Assembly (NCBI GenBank): GCA_964016885.1
Contig: OZ024743.1
Span: forward strand, 163,370,001 to 163,434,000
Length of the DNA stretch: 64,000 bases
Reading direction: 5' to 3'
Source: Eledone cirrhosa
Taxonomy: Eukaryota
The position numbers and the translations under genes were made by a program. The notes below the pieces were generated by a model, which saw only the letters and a list, made by a program, of their open reading frames with translations, was not told where the DNA came from and ran no database searches. How positions within the stretch are numbered: the first letter of the stretch is position 1; the number at the start of each line of letters is the position of its first letter. This document shows, piece by piece, positions 12,994 through 25,752 of this stretch.

Positions 12994-13919
12994 CTAACTC
13001 AAGAGAAAATCACTTGAATATTATAGAAAATCACTATATATATAAAAGTATGTTTGAAATGCAACAAGCAAAGTTTAGAATTGAAATAGAAGTTTTTGCT
13101 GTAATATACTATAATATAGTTTAATAATGGGGCATATAAACCCATCTTTTTCCGTTCAGTCAGTTTATATGCCCCATATATTATAGTAAAAAATATTATG
13201 GTGAAAGCTTCTATTTATATTTCACTATAATCTATATATTATTATATAACATATATCTCTCTTGTAATGAGGAACCTAGCTTGTGTTAGTGTAGCATTGA
13301 TTTTATTTGTTTTTTCCATAACTTCCATGTCTACACTTCATTTCGAATATACATCCCTCCTCACTCCATCTGCGAATATATATATATATATAAATATATA
13401 CAGCCCTATCTCTGGATTTCATCTGTTTCTACTATTGTTTTGACAAAGTTCAAAACAAGTAATGTGAATTCTATTCAGCCTCCTACCATCTCCCTCTGTT
13501 AGTCGTTCATTCATTCAGACATATATTTATTATTTCTCATGTTGAAAATATTGTTCTATTTTTCCTAGGTCTTCTCTTAAAGTCATCCATTTCCCTCCCA
13601 CCCACCCCCACGCACCACCATAGTTATTTGGACCAATCAAAACTCAGCAGTATATAGTATGTTTCACTAAACCAAATTTCTATCACAAAAGCCACTACTT
13701 CGGCTACTACTCCTCCTAAACATTATTATAGACCTGGTTGTAGCTCTGTATGATGAATGGGCTACAGAGATAGAGAGTTGGAGCACTCATAAAGATGAAA
13801 ATGGATTCACCTCCCATCTCTGGTCAACTATGCAAATACTCCATTTTATTTCAGGCATGGAAAACCAAAGCCTACACAAATCTATCTCCCACTCTCCTCC
13901 CCCACTCTCTCCCAGTGAA

Positions 13920-16792
13920 CTCCATAACTTCAGAGTTGGTACCATGAATGTAGGCATGAAAGGATGATCAAGTGAGATTGTAGAGAGGCTTGAACAAAAG
14001 AAAGTTGATGTTTGCTGTGTAAGAGAGACTAGATGGAGGGGAGGGCCAGCTAGATTCCTTGTGGGCAAATTTTTCTGGGTGGGTAATGACAACAGGCTAG
14101 GTGTAATAGGAATTATGTTAGCAGAAAAATGGCTAGATAAGGTAATTGTTCTAAATAGAACAACCATGTCAATTATATCTGTTTATGCACTTGAATCTGG
14201 TCTACCAGACGTGATAAAAGACAGGTTCTATGAGTCCCTAATGCACACTACTTCCCAAATAAATGACAGTGACTACATAATTATTGCTGGTGACGTTAAT
14301 GGGCATGTTGGACAACACTGTGATGGCTATGGTAGGATCCTTGGAGGTTATAGTTTTGGTACTAGAAACAAGGAAGGTTTCAGGATCCTGGAATTCTGTG
14401 ATGCCAATGACCTAACTATCTGTAGCACAAATTACAAAAAACGAGACAATCACTTGATAACCTATAGATCAGGGAATCACACCAGCCAGATAGATATTAT
14501 CCTTACCAGATGAAGAGACAGAGTGTCTATTGTAAACACAAGTCCCTTCCTGGTGAAGAATGCACCTTCCTACATAACCTAATATTTAGAAACCTTATAG
14601 TCAGGGCTAGATGAACTTGACAACAGAGGATAACCTTGAGAAGAAGAATGTGGAAGTTGAAGGATCCCACAGCCAGTAACAAATATTTAGAGGCATGTCA
14701 CTTGATGCCTTTGGCATACAAAATAGAGGAGCAGAGGGAAATCCTAAAGGCAACAAATGAAATCTGTGGCTGGAGCAGACCTCTAGGGAGGAGAGTGACT
14801 TGGTGGAAGAGACAATTAAGGCCAAAAGGCAGGCATGGAAAAAATAGAGGGATGGAGGAAGTAGAGAACACTACCAGGAGGCTAGGAGAGAAGCTAGGTG
14901 ACAAGTGTACCTTGCAAGAAGGAAAGCAGAAGATAAAGAATTTAAGCATGTTCTGCAATGTGAGGACCAAAGGTCTGAGGTGTTTAGGATTGTGAGACAA
15001 TGTGTCAAGGAAAATTGTGAAGCTGAAAAAGAGGTATCATGGAGGTGCCACTATGAAAGACTACTAAATGAGGAGAATGAATGGGATGAAGATAGTTTGC
15101 CCCAAGTTGACCCAACAAAAGGACCAGCTGTGCAAGTTAGTAGTAGTATAGTAAGTAAAGCAATCAAAGACATGAAGACAGGCAAAGCAGCTGGACCTTC
15201 AGGAATAGCCACCCATATAGTAAACCAAGTAATACAAAATGGGATCATACTCAATGACTAGTGTAGCATCATCATCGTCAACTGCTACAAGACAAAGAAA
15301 ACTACAGAGGCATTAAGTTGGTTGACCAGGTCAGGTTGACAGAAAGAGTTATCGCACAGCTGATAAGGGACCAAATTAACCTTAATGAAATGCAGTTTGG
15401 ATTTGTGCCAGGTAAAAGTACCATGGATGCTCTCTTCCTCATGAGGCAACTGCAGGAGAAGTACCTAGATTAAAGTAAACCTCTCTACTTAGCTTTTGTT
15501 GACATGGAGAAAGCCTTTGACAGAGTCTCCCATGCTATTATCTGGTGGATTCTTAGAAAACTAGGAGTAGATGAGTGGCTGCCCATGGGGACTTCTGTAT
15601 GCAGATGATCTAATTCTCATAGCTGAATCTATGGCAGAACTATAGAAGAAATTCCAAACCTGGAAGCATGACCTAGAATAAAAAAGTCTTAAAGTTAACT
15701 TGTCTAAAACTAAAGTTAAGTTCTAGTATGTAGAAAGGAAAATAGGGCCCAGATTCCCTCTTGGAATTGGCCTTGCTCAGTGTGCAGGAAAGGAGTAGGT
15801 AGAAATTCCATCCTTCAAATGCCCAGATGGTTCTATAGAAATAGTCAACAGTTTCCATTACCTGGGTGACAAAATCAGCAGGGGAGGAGGGTGTTCCAAA
15901 AGTGCAGTAGCCAGAGTTAGAGTGGGATGGAAAAAGTTCAAGGAGCTACTACCACTGTTATCTACAAAAGTTATTTTTTCCTTAAAATGATGCATATGAA
16001 AATGACAGCTGTATAGAAAAAGTGCAGGGTGATCAAAATTGATGGAAGCTATGGAGTAGGAAAACCCAAGAAGACCTGGGACAAGGTGATAAAAGCTGAC
16101 CTTATGCAATTATACCTCTCAAAGACACTAACACAGGATCGAGATCTTTGGTGTTATGCAGGAATACAGAAGACACACCTTCTCATGTGCACAGACTCAA
16201 ACATATATCTTGTAGGCACCTCTTAACCACTTTGCTCTTTCCATACACCCTTTCTACACAAACCACCATCCCACTTCTGTCCACACCACCCTTACACTAT
16301 AAAGTTATGTTGGTATCATAGCAAAAAAGCATCCAGCCCACACTGTAAAGTGGTTGTGTAGGTGTCACAACAAAAAGCACCCAGTCCACACTGTAAAGTG
16401 GTCGAGTAGTTGTCATAACAAAAAGCATCCAGCCCACACTGTAAAGAGGTCATGTAGGTGTCACGACAAAAAGCACCCAGTCCACACTGTAAAGTGGTCG
16501 AGTAGTTGTCATAACAAAAAGCATCCAGCCCACACTGTAAAGAGGTCATGTAGGTGTCACAACAAAAAGCACCCAGTCCACACTGTAAAGTGGTCATGTA
16601 GGAGTCATGACAAAAAGCATCCACCACAAACTGTAAATGTGGTTAGTGTTATGAAGGGCATCCAACCATAGAAATCTAGCCAGAAACATGAGCAAGACAT
16701 GATCATCTAACCCAACTTTCCTCTAATGGGACAACCCATCTAACCCATGCTAGTGTAGAAAATGGATGTTAAATGATGATGATGATAATGAT
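13920..16792 (+). mobile_element. Decayed RTE-clade LINE (EN, RT, 3' UTR 48-bp array, (GAT)n tail)
   Basis: ORF 14061-14513 AP-endonuclease (IIAGD.NGHVG, ITYRSG.H.SQID.IL) and RT fragments; colinear with 32755-36068. Confidence 0.92.
16320..16650 (+). repeat. 48-bp tandem array (about 7 units, alternating variants) in the RTE 3' UTR
   Basis: CAAAAAGCACCCAGTCCACACTGTAAAGTGGTC.. at 16371, 16419, 16467, 16515, 16563 and 16611. Confidence 0.95.
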
Positions 16793-18959
16793 GGCTAATG
16801 ACTTCCAACTCATTTAATCTCACTAGGTTAATACCCATGCCAGAGGAGAACTGACTAATGTATAACAAACATCATACTATGTTATCCAGAATAGAGTTAG
16901 TCTTGTTTTTATGGTTTGTTTAATTAGTTAGTTACTTGGTCATTTTAGCATAGCATACTCTATTATCATAATCATTTAATGTCATGGGTTGAACATGTCA
17001 TCATGGACTGCATACCCACATCTCGCTTACTTACATTGCAGTTTTTTTGGCATGGTTTCTACAGCTGCATGCACTTCCTGTCATCAACTTTACAGAGTGT
17101 ACTGGATGTATTTTATCATGGCACCAGGACAAGGGAGATTGTCATATTTTTGGTGCAATCTAAATTTAAAATATTTTGAAACATTATTCATGGGACCAAA
17201 AGCTTCATCTTGCTGGTGGCCTTAGCCTTTAAAATTGTATATATATATATATATATATATGCATATATATACACACAAATATATATATATATATATATAT
17301 ATATTGACTGATTAATCGCTTAAGTTTATTTTAAAAACTACTCGGTTGAGAGCTTAATTTGTTTTGTGCTATTTTTGCAAATTTTGCAATGACTACACAT
17401 ACTGAATTCATTTGCCAAAACTAGGGGTTTTCTCCCTTTTGGAATTCACATGTGCTTTTGAACACTGTGAGATCCTGGCACACCCAGAACAAAATGCCTG
17501 TTGAGAAAGTGATATCCTTGTTCGATCATTATACCAAAAGCTTATTATTTTTTATAAGCAGACAGTATTATTGATTTAGGTGTCGCAGAAACCCTATATC
17601 GGATTTTACCATTATTCCCGAGGGTCCGGGTAAATATTTCAATCACATCTTATTTTGTTTCACCCGCTTAGCTTGCTCGCTTTTTTGGCTTAGGTGGTTA
17701 ATGGTTTCTTAACCATCATCTCAGTTTTGTATGGCCTTTTAAACTTATGTTTATAGCTCTGGTATCTTCATATCCATTGAGCGCTCGCCAACACAATTTG
17801 GAAGTTGTGTTTCGCTAATTTCTACTCGCCAAAATGCGATTCTCGCTAAATTTATATTTGTATATATATATATACATAAAATTATAGTATTATTCAATTT
17901 CCATTAGTGTAATCAATTAATTTGATAGATTACTTACAGTAGTGTTTTACTCAATGTACAAATTATTCCAATTGGTAGATCCTGTGGTAGTTTTACTATA
18001 GGTTCCAAGTGTAACAATTTGCAGAGTGTATATAGGAATTTACAAAATTATATATGGAAATTTACAAAATTATTATTTAAAAACACCATAATCCAGATGA
18101 GTGGGAATAACATTTATTGCATAACACTTACACATGTTTCATCATATGCATTACTTATAAATCTTGGATAATATTTGATTATTTTAATCAAATTAACTCG
18201 CATCTAACTACTTAAATAATATGTAGTCACATATGTGTGAAAACATAATACATCAACATGAAAGTAGACAAGTTACACAAATACACTGTTCACCATACAA
18301 GAAAAATAGCATTTATTACATAATGTTTACATATGTTTCATTAATTTGCAAAATTATTACATCTAGAAAACACTAATCCTGAGAGGATATTGGGATAAAT
18401 CAGTTTCCAATGTTTCCAATATTTTCATACATCAACTTCTCAAAACAGAATAATGACTTAATTCAAACAGGGTAACATAAAGAGATGGGGCATGTCATTA
18501 GGAGAAGAAGGTATAACATGCATAGACAAAAACAGTTTACAAATAGATTTAGTAGTTATTAATTTGATATAGCGGTAGTGGTGGCAGATTACTTTGTCCA
18601 CTAAGATGTGGCTATACATTGTCATTTGGATTGGCTGTTGAATGATTGAAAATAGACTATTGTGGGGACTAATTTGTCCTAGCAGCTCAATTAAATGCTA
18701 TTAGGCTGGTGTCAGCTATCTACAGCCAAGTTTGGTGATTTATGACTATTTTAGATTACGAAAAGCCATTAGATCAGTGTATGTTATCTGTTACCAAGTT
18801 TAGTGTTTTATGTTTATTTTAGATAAAGGATGAATTTAGTACCTTTTTACTGGAGGCACTATGCACTTAAGAGATACTCTAACTATATAATTCTGTCTGC
18901 CAGATTAGGTTAATATATGTTTAAAGAATCTGGTTACTGGATCGAATCATGTTAGTTGG

Positions 18960-19720
18960 GTCTGTAATAGGAACATGTATTTAAAATTTTATGCCAACAA
19001 TTGAAAACGTGTTGAAGCCTGCTATTTAGCAGGCTTTTTCCTATATTATGTTGTACAGTTCTAGGATACACAAGTTGCAGACACCTACATTTTGTATATA
19101 TGGGTCAGCGGTTCCCAGCATAGACCACAAAAGCTGGTACTTAGATCCACTTTCCTCTACTTCCCAGATTTTGCTTAACATAGTTGAGTTTCTGAGCTTG
19201 CAATTCCTTAGAATGTCTATGTACATACCAGTGTTTTTTGAAATCTTTCACTTCCATTTACATGGATGTGCTGATTATGCATTGGTATACTAAGCTACTG
19301 CTTAAGCGCTTATTTTGTAGAGGGCATTTATTCGGTTGAGGGCAGTTACAGTTCATTATTTTACTATGTAAAGGTTCCGAGCTACCATATGTGGTGTGAG
19401 TTAGATTAGGTTGTGAAAGAAATGTGATTCTGCCATCAGTACCTGCTGTTCTAGGTTGGTTTATTGGTTGTGAGTATCCTATTGGGTTAAACATATTGTT
19501 AGAGTCTATGCTAGAGTTTTGTATATTATCGCACATTGATAAGTGCTTTTTGTTAAGTTTATTTAGATTCCTTACAATTGAGTCTGATAATCTGATGGTT
19601 TCCTATTAAATATCTTACGATATTTGTGTGACTTTGGGTAGTGCTTATCAATTAGTTTTAACAATACCACGTGTAGTTTAGTTTTTATTGCAGTTGAAAA
19701 CTGGATTATACCAGAGGTAT
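18960..19720 (-). mobile_element. Penelope-like element remnant (GIY-YIG endonuclease region)
   Basis: NCNCPQPNKCPLQNKRLSSSLVYQC, STMLSKIWE, CNLCILE, LLNSR motifs (ORFs 19041-19226, 19258-19536). Confidence 0.8.
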
Positions 19721-20633
19721 GTTATACTCCTATATATATGTAGCAAAATCTCTTCACACATACTGACCCCTGAATGACATCTGGCTGCTATTTTTCTTTA
19801 TCTCAGGTTGGTGTCAGTGGTTTGGAGAGGCTGGCCAACTTGAGGTTAAATGAGATAAGTTTTTCCTTGGATCATTCCACTCTAGTTTCTCGGAAGAGAA
19901 GTATCGCTTTGAGTTGCTCAAGCAAGTAGCGAGATGTAGCACTTAGCAAAAAAACTCCAGCCCTCTTGCCAAGGGCCTGAGAGCAATTCTTCCATTGGCA
20001 CTTCAACCTCATTTAGTCATCTGCCTCTTCATATAGACAACACAGCTTCCTTGCCACTATGAGCTTACTACTACCTTCACTGGTACATACTATCTGACTA
20101 CAGCTTGTCATTTTTTAAGGGAACATCGCAGAAGCCTTATTGAACACTATATTCATTTGTGAATACTACAATCAAGCTTTATATTTATGATTAAAAGTAA
20201 TCATATTTTTCTTCTTCTTTGCTGGTATTTGTTGTGCTTATCATCCTCTTCCGCAATAACCAAAAACTTTGCTTCATATATATATGTATACATTTATAGA
20301 TATTGTATAAACAATGCTTCATACACTTAACATGTATGTGAGACCATTGTTTATACTAAATAAGCTCTCTTGCAACAGATTGAGCCTTGTTTTTCTTGAT
20401 CTTTTATCTGTGGATATTCTACACACACACACATATATATATATAGACATAGCAACTGCTTGCCACTTTTTTCCATTTATAAGGGATATTTTACCCTATT
20501 TTCTAAGCTATTATTTAAAGCAACCAATGTTTTTACAGTTTTTTTCTGCATCTGAGTTTCCTATATATAGTTCAAGGTTAAAAAAAGAAAACAAATACAG
20601 AAAACAATTACACTAAGTCTTATTAGCTTCATG

Positions 20634-20668
<35 letters not shown>

Positions 20669-20674
<6 letters not shown>

Positions 20675-20779
20675 TAAAAAGAAAAGAAAATGCAGACAAA
20701 TTTTTCCCAGTGAAAAATAGTTAAACTATTTTTCACTGGGAAAAATTTGTCAGCATTTTCTTTTCCTTTTACTAATATA
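20669..20779. repeat. Near-perfect palindrome, ~55-bp arms
   Basis: GAAAATGCAGACAAATTTTTCCCAGTGAAAAATAGTT / AACTATTTTTCACTGGGAAAAATTTGTCAGCATTTTC. Confidence 0.9.
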
Positions 20780-20842
20780 TCACAACTCGTGTGTTACACC
20801 TCTATTTTTTAAATATATATATATATAGTTATTTCATCTCAC

Positions 20843-20996
20843 CTATTTTATCTTTATCTTTCACCTGGAGACATTTTTCACAACATGATTTATAATGACG
20901 TTCATAGGTGTAACATAGATGGAGGCCAAAACGATCAATGGCATCGGAACATTTCAGTCCATTGATTAAAACCTGACCACCAATTTGTGGACAGTC
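20843..20996 (-). CDS. Host gene exon (phase 0->1): DCPQIGGQVLINGLKCSDAIDRFGLHLCYTYERHYKSCCEKCLQVKDKDKI(G), first 6-Cys PLAC-like module
   Basis: ttttcctctgtag|GACTGTCCA...AAAATAG|gtgaga; 154 nt; C..C..CY..CC-x2-C pattern. Confidence 0.9.
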
Positions 20997-21069
20997 CTAC
21001 AGAGGAAAATAGATATACATATACAGAAGAGGCATATATACACACAAGAATATACATACAAAATGTATA

Positions 21070-22440
21070 ATAATTGTTTCTACTTTTGGTACAAGGCTAG
21101 CAATTTGTGGGCAGGAGAAAGTCAATTTTATCAACCTGAGTACTTAACTGGTACTTTATTTTATTAACCTTGGAAGGATGAAAGTCAAAGTTGACCTCAG
21201 CAGGATTTGAACTCGGGGCATAGAAAGTCATACTAAATACTGCAAAGCATTTTGTCTGAGACTCTATCAATAATGCCAATCCACCACACTCTATAATAAT
21301 AACAATAATAATAATTGTTTCTACTTTTGGCACAAGGCCAGCAATTATCCTAGCGCATTACTGGTACTTTAGTTTATTGACCCCAATAATGACAATAAGA
21401 ACAACAATAATTATAGTTTCTTTATTAGTGACAAATGGACTTGCACATAAAAGGCAGTAAACATTATAAATATACAGTGCTTATAAATGAGGGTCGGGGA
21501 AAAATATTTTCCAATATACAAATAAAATTTGATAAAAGATGAAACAATTATAAAAGTGATATAAAACACAATATTTAACATAGAACATGAAAATATTTAG
21601 ATGGGTAACCAATAGTTAAGTCAAGTTAGAACATCCCACAATTCTGCTTGCCTACCATGTATTATATACTTCCTGGGATTCTCCTAAATCCTTTGCAAGC
21701 ATTTCTTTCAGTGAGTTCAGTGAATTTATCAATAAAAGCACACACATCCTCATAACAATTTGAACTCAGAATGAAAAGAGATATAAATAAATACTGCAAA
21801 GTATTTTGTCTGACCATAACAATTCTGCCAATTCACTAATTCACTATTAACAACAACAGCAACAATAATAATGATTTCTACAATAAGCACAAGGCCAGCA
21901 ATTTGAGGGAGGGAAAAGTCAATTAAATCGACCCCAGTGCATTACTGGTGCTTTATTTTATCGACCCCGTAAGGATGAAAGGCAAAGGTAACTTCGGCAG
22001 GATTTGAACTCAGAACGTAAAGGGCCATAACTCTATGCTACAAAGCATAGTGTCTGATGCTCTACCGATACTGCCAATCCACCACCCTATAATAATTGTT
22101 TCTACTTTTGGCACAAGGCCAGCAATTACCCAGTGTATTACTGGTACTTTATTTTATCGACCCTGTAAGGATGAAAGGCAAAGTTAACCTTGGTGGGATT
22201 TGAACTCAGACCATAAAGGGCCGTAACTCTTTGCTGCACCCTATAATAATAATAGTAATAATAATAATTGTTTCTACGTTAGGCACAAGGCCAGCAATTA
22301 CCCAGTGTATTACTGGTACTTTATTTTATCGACCCCATAATGATGATAAATAATAATAATAATATTAATTGTTTCTACTTTAGGCACAAGGCCAGCAAAT
22401 ACCCAGTGCATTACTGGTACTTTATTTTATCGACCCCGTA
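21070..22440 (-). mobile_element. Cluster of about 7 nested or truncated tRNA-derived SINEs with (ATT)n tails
   Basis: Repeated (AAT)n-TGTTTCTACTTT.GGCACAAGGCCAGC...ACTGGTACTTTATTTTATCGACCCC...GGATTTGAACTC (B-box on minus). Confidence 0.9.
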
Positions 22441-22454
22441 AAATAATAATAATG

Positions 22455-24990
22455 CTTTCTGAAGCAACGCATTGTAGCAAAGAGTGCAAAAATTAGGCAA
22501 TACGAGAGCAGAGTCAGTCAGTATAGACAGAACCGTATGTTTGACAACAACCAGAAGATGTTGTTTGGACAGCTTGAAGGGAAAGAAAGAGGCAACGACT
22601 TGATCCCTGAGGCGGAACAAACTAAGACATTCTGGAGAGGAATATGGGAGCAGGATGTTAAACATAATGATCAGGCAGTGTGGACTGAGACAGTACAAAA
22701 GAAGATTAGTGAACAGGCACACCAACAAACTGATTTGAGTATCACAGTTGAAACTCTCAAGGGGCAGGCCAAAAAACTAACCAACTGGAAATCACCAGGC
22801 CCAGATGGTGTGCAGGGGTATTGGATTAAAAATGTAACATCCCTCCACCTGAAACTGACAACCATGTTCAATGACTGCTTGATGTCAGGTGAGGTACCAG
22901 AGTGGTTGACAAAAGGTACCACAGTTCTGGTAATGAAAGACCGAATCAAGGGTAATGATGTTACCAACTATAGGCCTATCACATGTCTGTCCTTAATGTG
23001 GAAACTGTTAACAAGCATTGTGTCTGAGGAAATCTACTATCACCTCCACATAAGCAACTTGTTACCGGACAAACAGAAAGGATGCCGAAAGAAGTCCCGT
23101 GGTACAAAGGACCAGTTACTTATTGATAAGATGGTAATGAGGAATTGCAAGAGGAGACACACTGGTCTTGCCATGGGATGGATAGACTACAAAAAGGCAT
23201 TTGACATGGTGCCTCATTCTTGGATCACCTAAAGCCTAGAGCTCAAGGTGGCAGATAACATCAGACAGTTGTTGAGCAAAAGTATGAATTCCTGGAAAAC
23301 AGAGTTAACATCAGCTGGAGAATCCTTGGGAGGTGTGAAGATCAAGAGAGGTATTTTCCAGGGAAATAGTCTGTCCCCTCTGTTGTTTGTCCTTGCCCTG
23401 ATGCCCCTGACCATTATACTGTGAAAAGTGAGAGCAGGATACAAGTTGGGAAAAGGAGAGCTTACCATCAATCACCTCCTCTTCATGGACGATCTTAAGC
23501 TCTTCGGGAAGAGTGAGAAGGAGTTGGATGTGCTTGTTGACACTGTCCGTATTTTCAGCAATGATATATGTATGCAATTTGGTATTAATAAGTGTGGAGT
23601 CCTTGTGATGAAGAGGGGTAAATTGAGCAGAAGCAACTGAATCCAGGTACCAACAGGTGAGATGATAAAGGAAATTGACACTGAAGAAGGATACAAGTAT
23701 TTGGGTATTCTGGAGGCTGATGACATCAAGAACAAAAAAATGAAGGAATTGATAAGATCTGAATACATTCAGAGAGTAAGGAGCGTATTAAAGTCACATC
23801 TGAACAGTAGGAATGCCATAAGTGCTGTAAATTCCCGAGCTGTGTCTATTATTAGGTACAGTGCCGGAATTCTGAGATGGAATTTTGCTGAACAAAAAGA
23901 AATGGCTAGGAAGACTAGGAAGCTATTGACTATCTACAACATGTTCCACAAGAGGAGTGATGTCGATAGACTCTACTTAAAGAGATCTGAAGGTGGAAGA
24001 GGTCTTATCAGCATAGAGGACTGTGTTCAGATGGAGAAAAACAACCTACACAAATACGTGACCGATAGTAATGAGCCAATGCTCAGAATTGTACTGAAGG
24101 AGAGGACAATAGATCAGGGGATGTCCAAGGAGGAAATAACAACGAGGAGAAAGAGCAACCTTCATGAAAAATCCCTTCATAGTACCTTCTTTGAGAAAAC
24201 GGAATTCAGAGATCCACAGACGTGGAACTGGTTGAAAAGAGGAGACCTTAAAAAGGCTACAGAAGGAATGTTAATGGCTGCGCAAGAGCAGGCCCTCAAA
24301 ACGAAGTGGCTGAAACACCATATTTACAAGGAGGAGGCTAGCCCACTGTGCAGGATCTGTGGAGAGAGAGAGGAGACTGTGGCTCACATTGTATCCGAGT
24401 GTAAACACCTAGCCCAGACTCAGGCTGGAGACATGATGTGATGGGCAGGGTGATCCACTGGAATCTATGCAAAGTAAACAATTTACTATATCCTGAGAAG
24501 TGGTATGAGCATAAGCCAAAGTCGGTGATAGAAAACGATCAGGTGAAGGTGCTATGGGATTTTAGGATACAGACGGACAAGAAATTAGAACACAATGGGC
24601 CTGACCTGGTGGTTTTGGACAAGGAAAAAGGATCGTGCCTGATTGTAGATGTAGCCTGCCCATTTGACACAAGAGTGCAAGAAAAGGAGAGGGAGAAAAT
24701 TAACCGATACCAGGATTTAAAGTGGGAGCTAAAAAGGATTTGGAACTGCTATGAGATCAAGGTAGTCCCGATTGTCATAGGAGCACTAGGTACTATCTCA
24801 AAGAGTTTCCAAGGATGGTTAAAGAAGATTAGTCCAGCCCCGCTTTTTGGAACACTTCAAAAGGCATGCTTGCTGGGAACAGCAAGAACCCTCCGATACG
24901 TCCTGAATATCTGAGGCTGCAGGTAGCGGCTTGATATTCATTTCAACAAACTTTCCAATTAAATAACATCAATGACTGAGACTCAAAGAA
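22455..24990 (+). mobile_element. 5'-truncated R4/Dong-type LINE (RT, CCHC, restriction-like endonuclease), relatively young
   Basis: ORFs 22537-24914: NYRPITCL, DYKKAFDMVPH, FMDDLKL, CRICGEREETVAHIVSEC, PDLVV..IVDVACPFD..KE.EK, VPIVIGALG. Flanked by (TAA)n. Confidence 0.95.
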
Positions 24991-25206
24991 TAACAATAAT
25001 AATAATAATAATTGTTTCTACTTTAGGCACAAGGCCAGCAATTACCCAGTACATTACTGGTACTTTATTTTATCGACCCCGTAAGGATGAAAGGCAAAGT
25101 CAACCTCGGCTGGATTTGAACTCAGACTGTAAAGGGACGTAACTATGCTAGAAAGCATGGCGTCCAACTCTCAACCGATACTGAATAATAATAATAATAA
25201 TAATAA

Positions 25207-25461
25207 GGGGTCTAATGATTACTTATCGCAAATCCCAGGAAACCCCTGTATAGGAGAAATACAAAAGATAGTACTAATGGAACTGCCCATATACTAAGGA
25301 AGATTCTGTCAATATAAGTACATCACAAGTCTAAACAACTAAAGATGCATGTGTGAGTATGTATGTTCTTTCTTGAACATGGCGGACCTTGTTGTCTCTT
25401 GAGGTCACTGGTTGTGACTTGGTGATAACTCGTATGAACATAAAGCAAGATAAATGCAACT

Positions 25462-25462
<1 letters not shown>
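25207..25462 (+). mobile_element. 3' end of a second RLE-LINE subfamily with (TAA)n tail
   Basis: Near-identical to the reverse complement of 30818-31073. Confidence 0.9.
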
Positions 25463-25512
<50 letters not shown>

Positions 25513-25752
25513 TTTTCTTTATTAACCACAAGGGTTTACATAAAGTAGACATTAAGGACAGTACAGGACAATACAGGACGGTACAAATGGGCATTTCTGC
25601 GTGTAAAAAAACAGGATGAAATAAAATAACAAAGAAAAATTCCCCAATAGGGGGGAGACTTCCGAGGGACATTTGTGGAGAAAGCCCATTAAAAGACCAC
25701 AGTGGCCCTGACCACCAGGGCAAGTGCCCTCTCCCAGTTTTCCACCTTTAAT

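Noticed and set aside
16320-16650. Regularly spaced repeats that look CRISPR-like; Cys-rich repeat ORFs 16316-16627 and 16354-16671
   Set aside because: Contiguous 48-bp tandem units with no unique spacers, lying inside an RTE 3' UTR in eukaryotic DNA. The ORFs arise because 48 is divisible by 3.
17938-17995. GTAAGT donor on minus with a short open frame
   Set aside because: Poor acceptor, incompatible phase and no Cys-module similarity.
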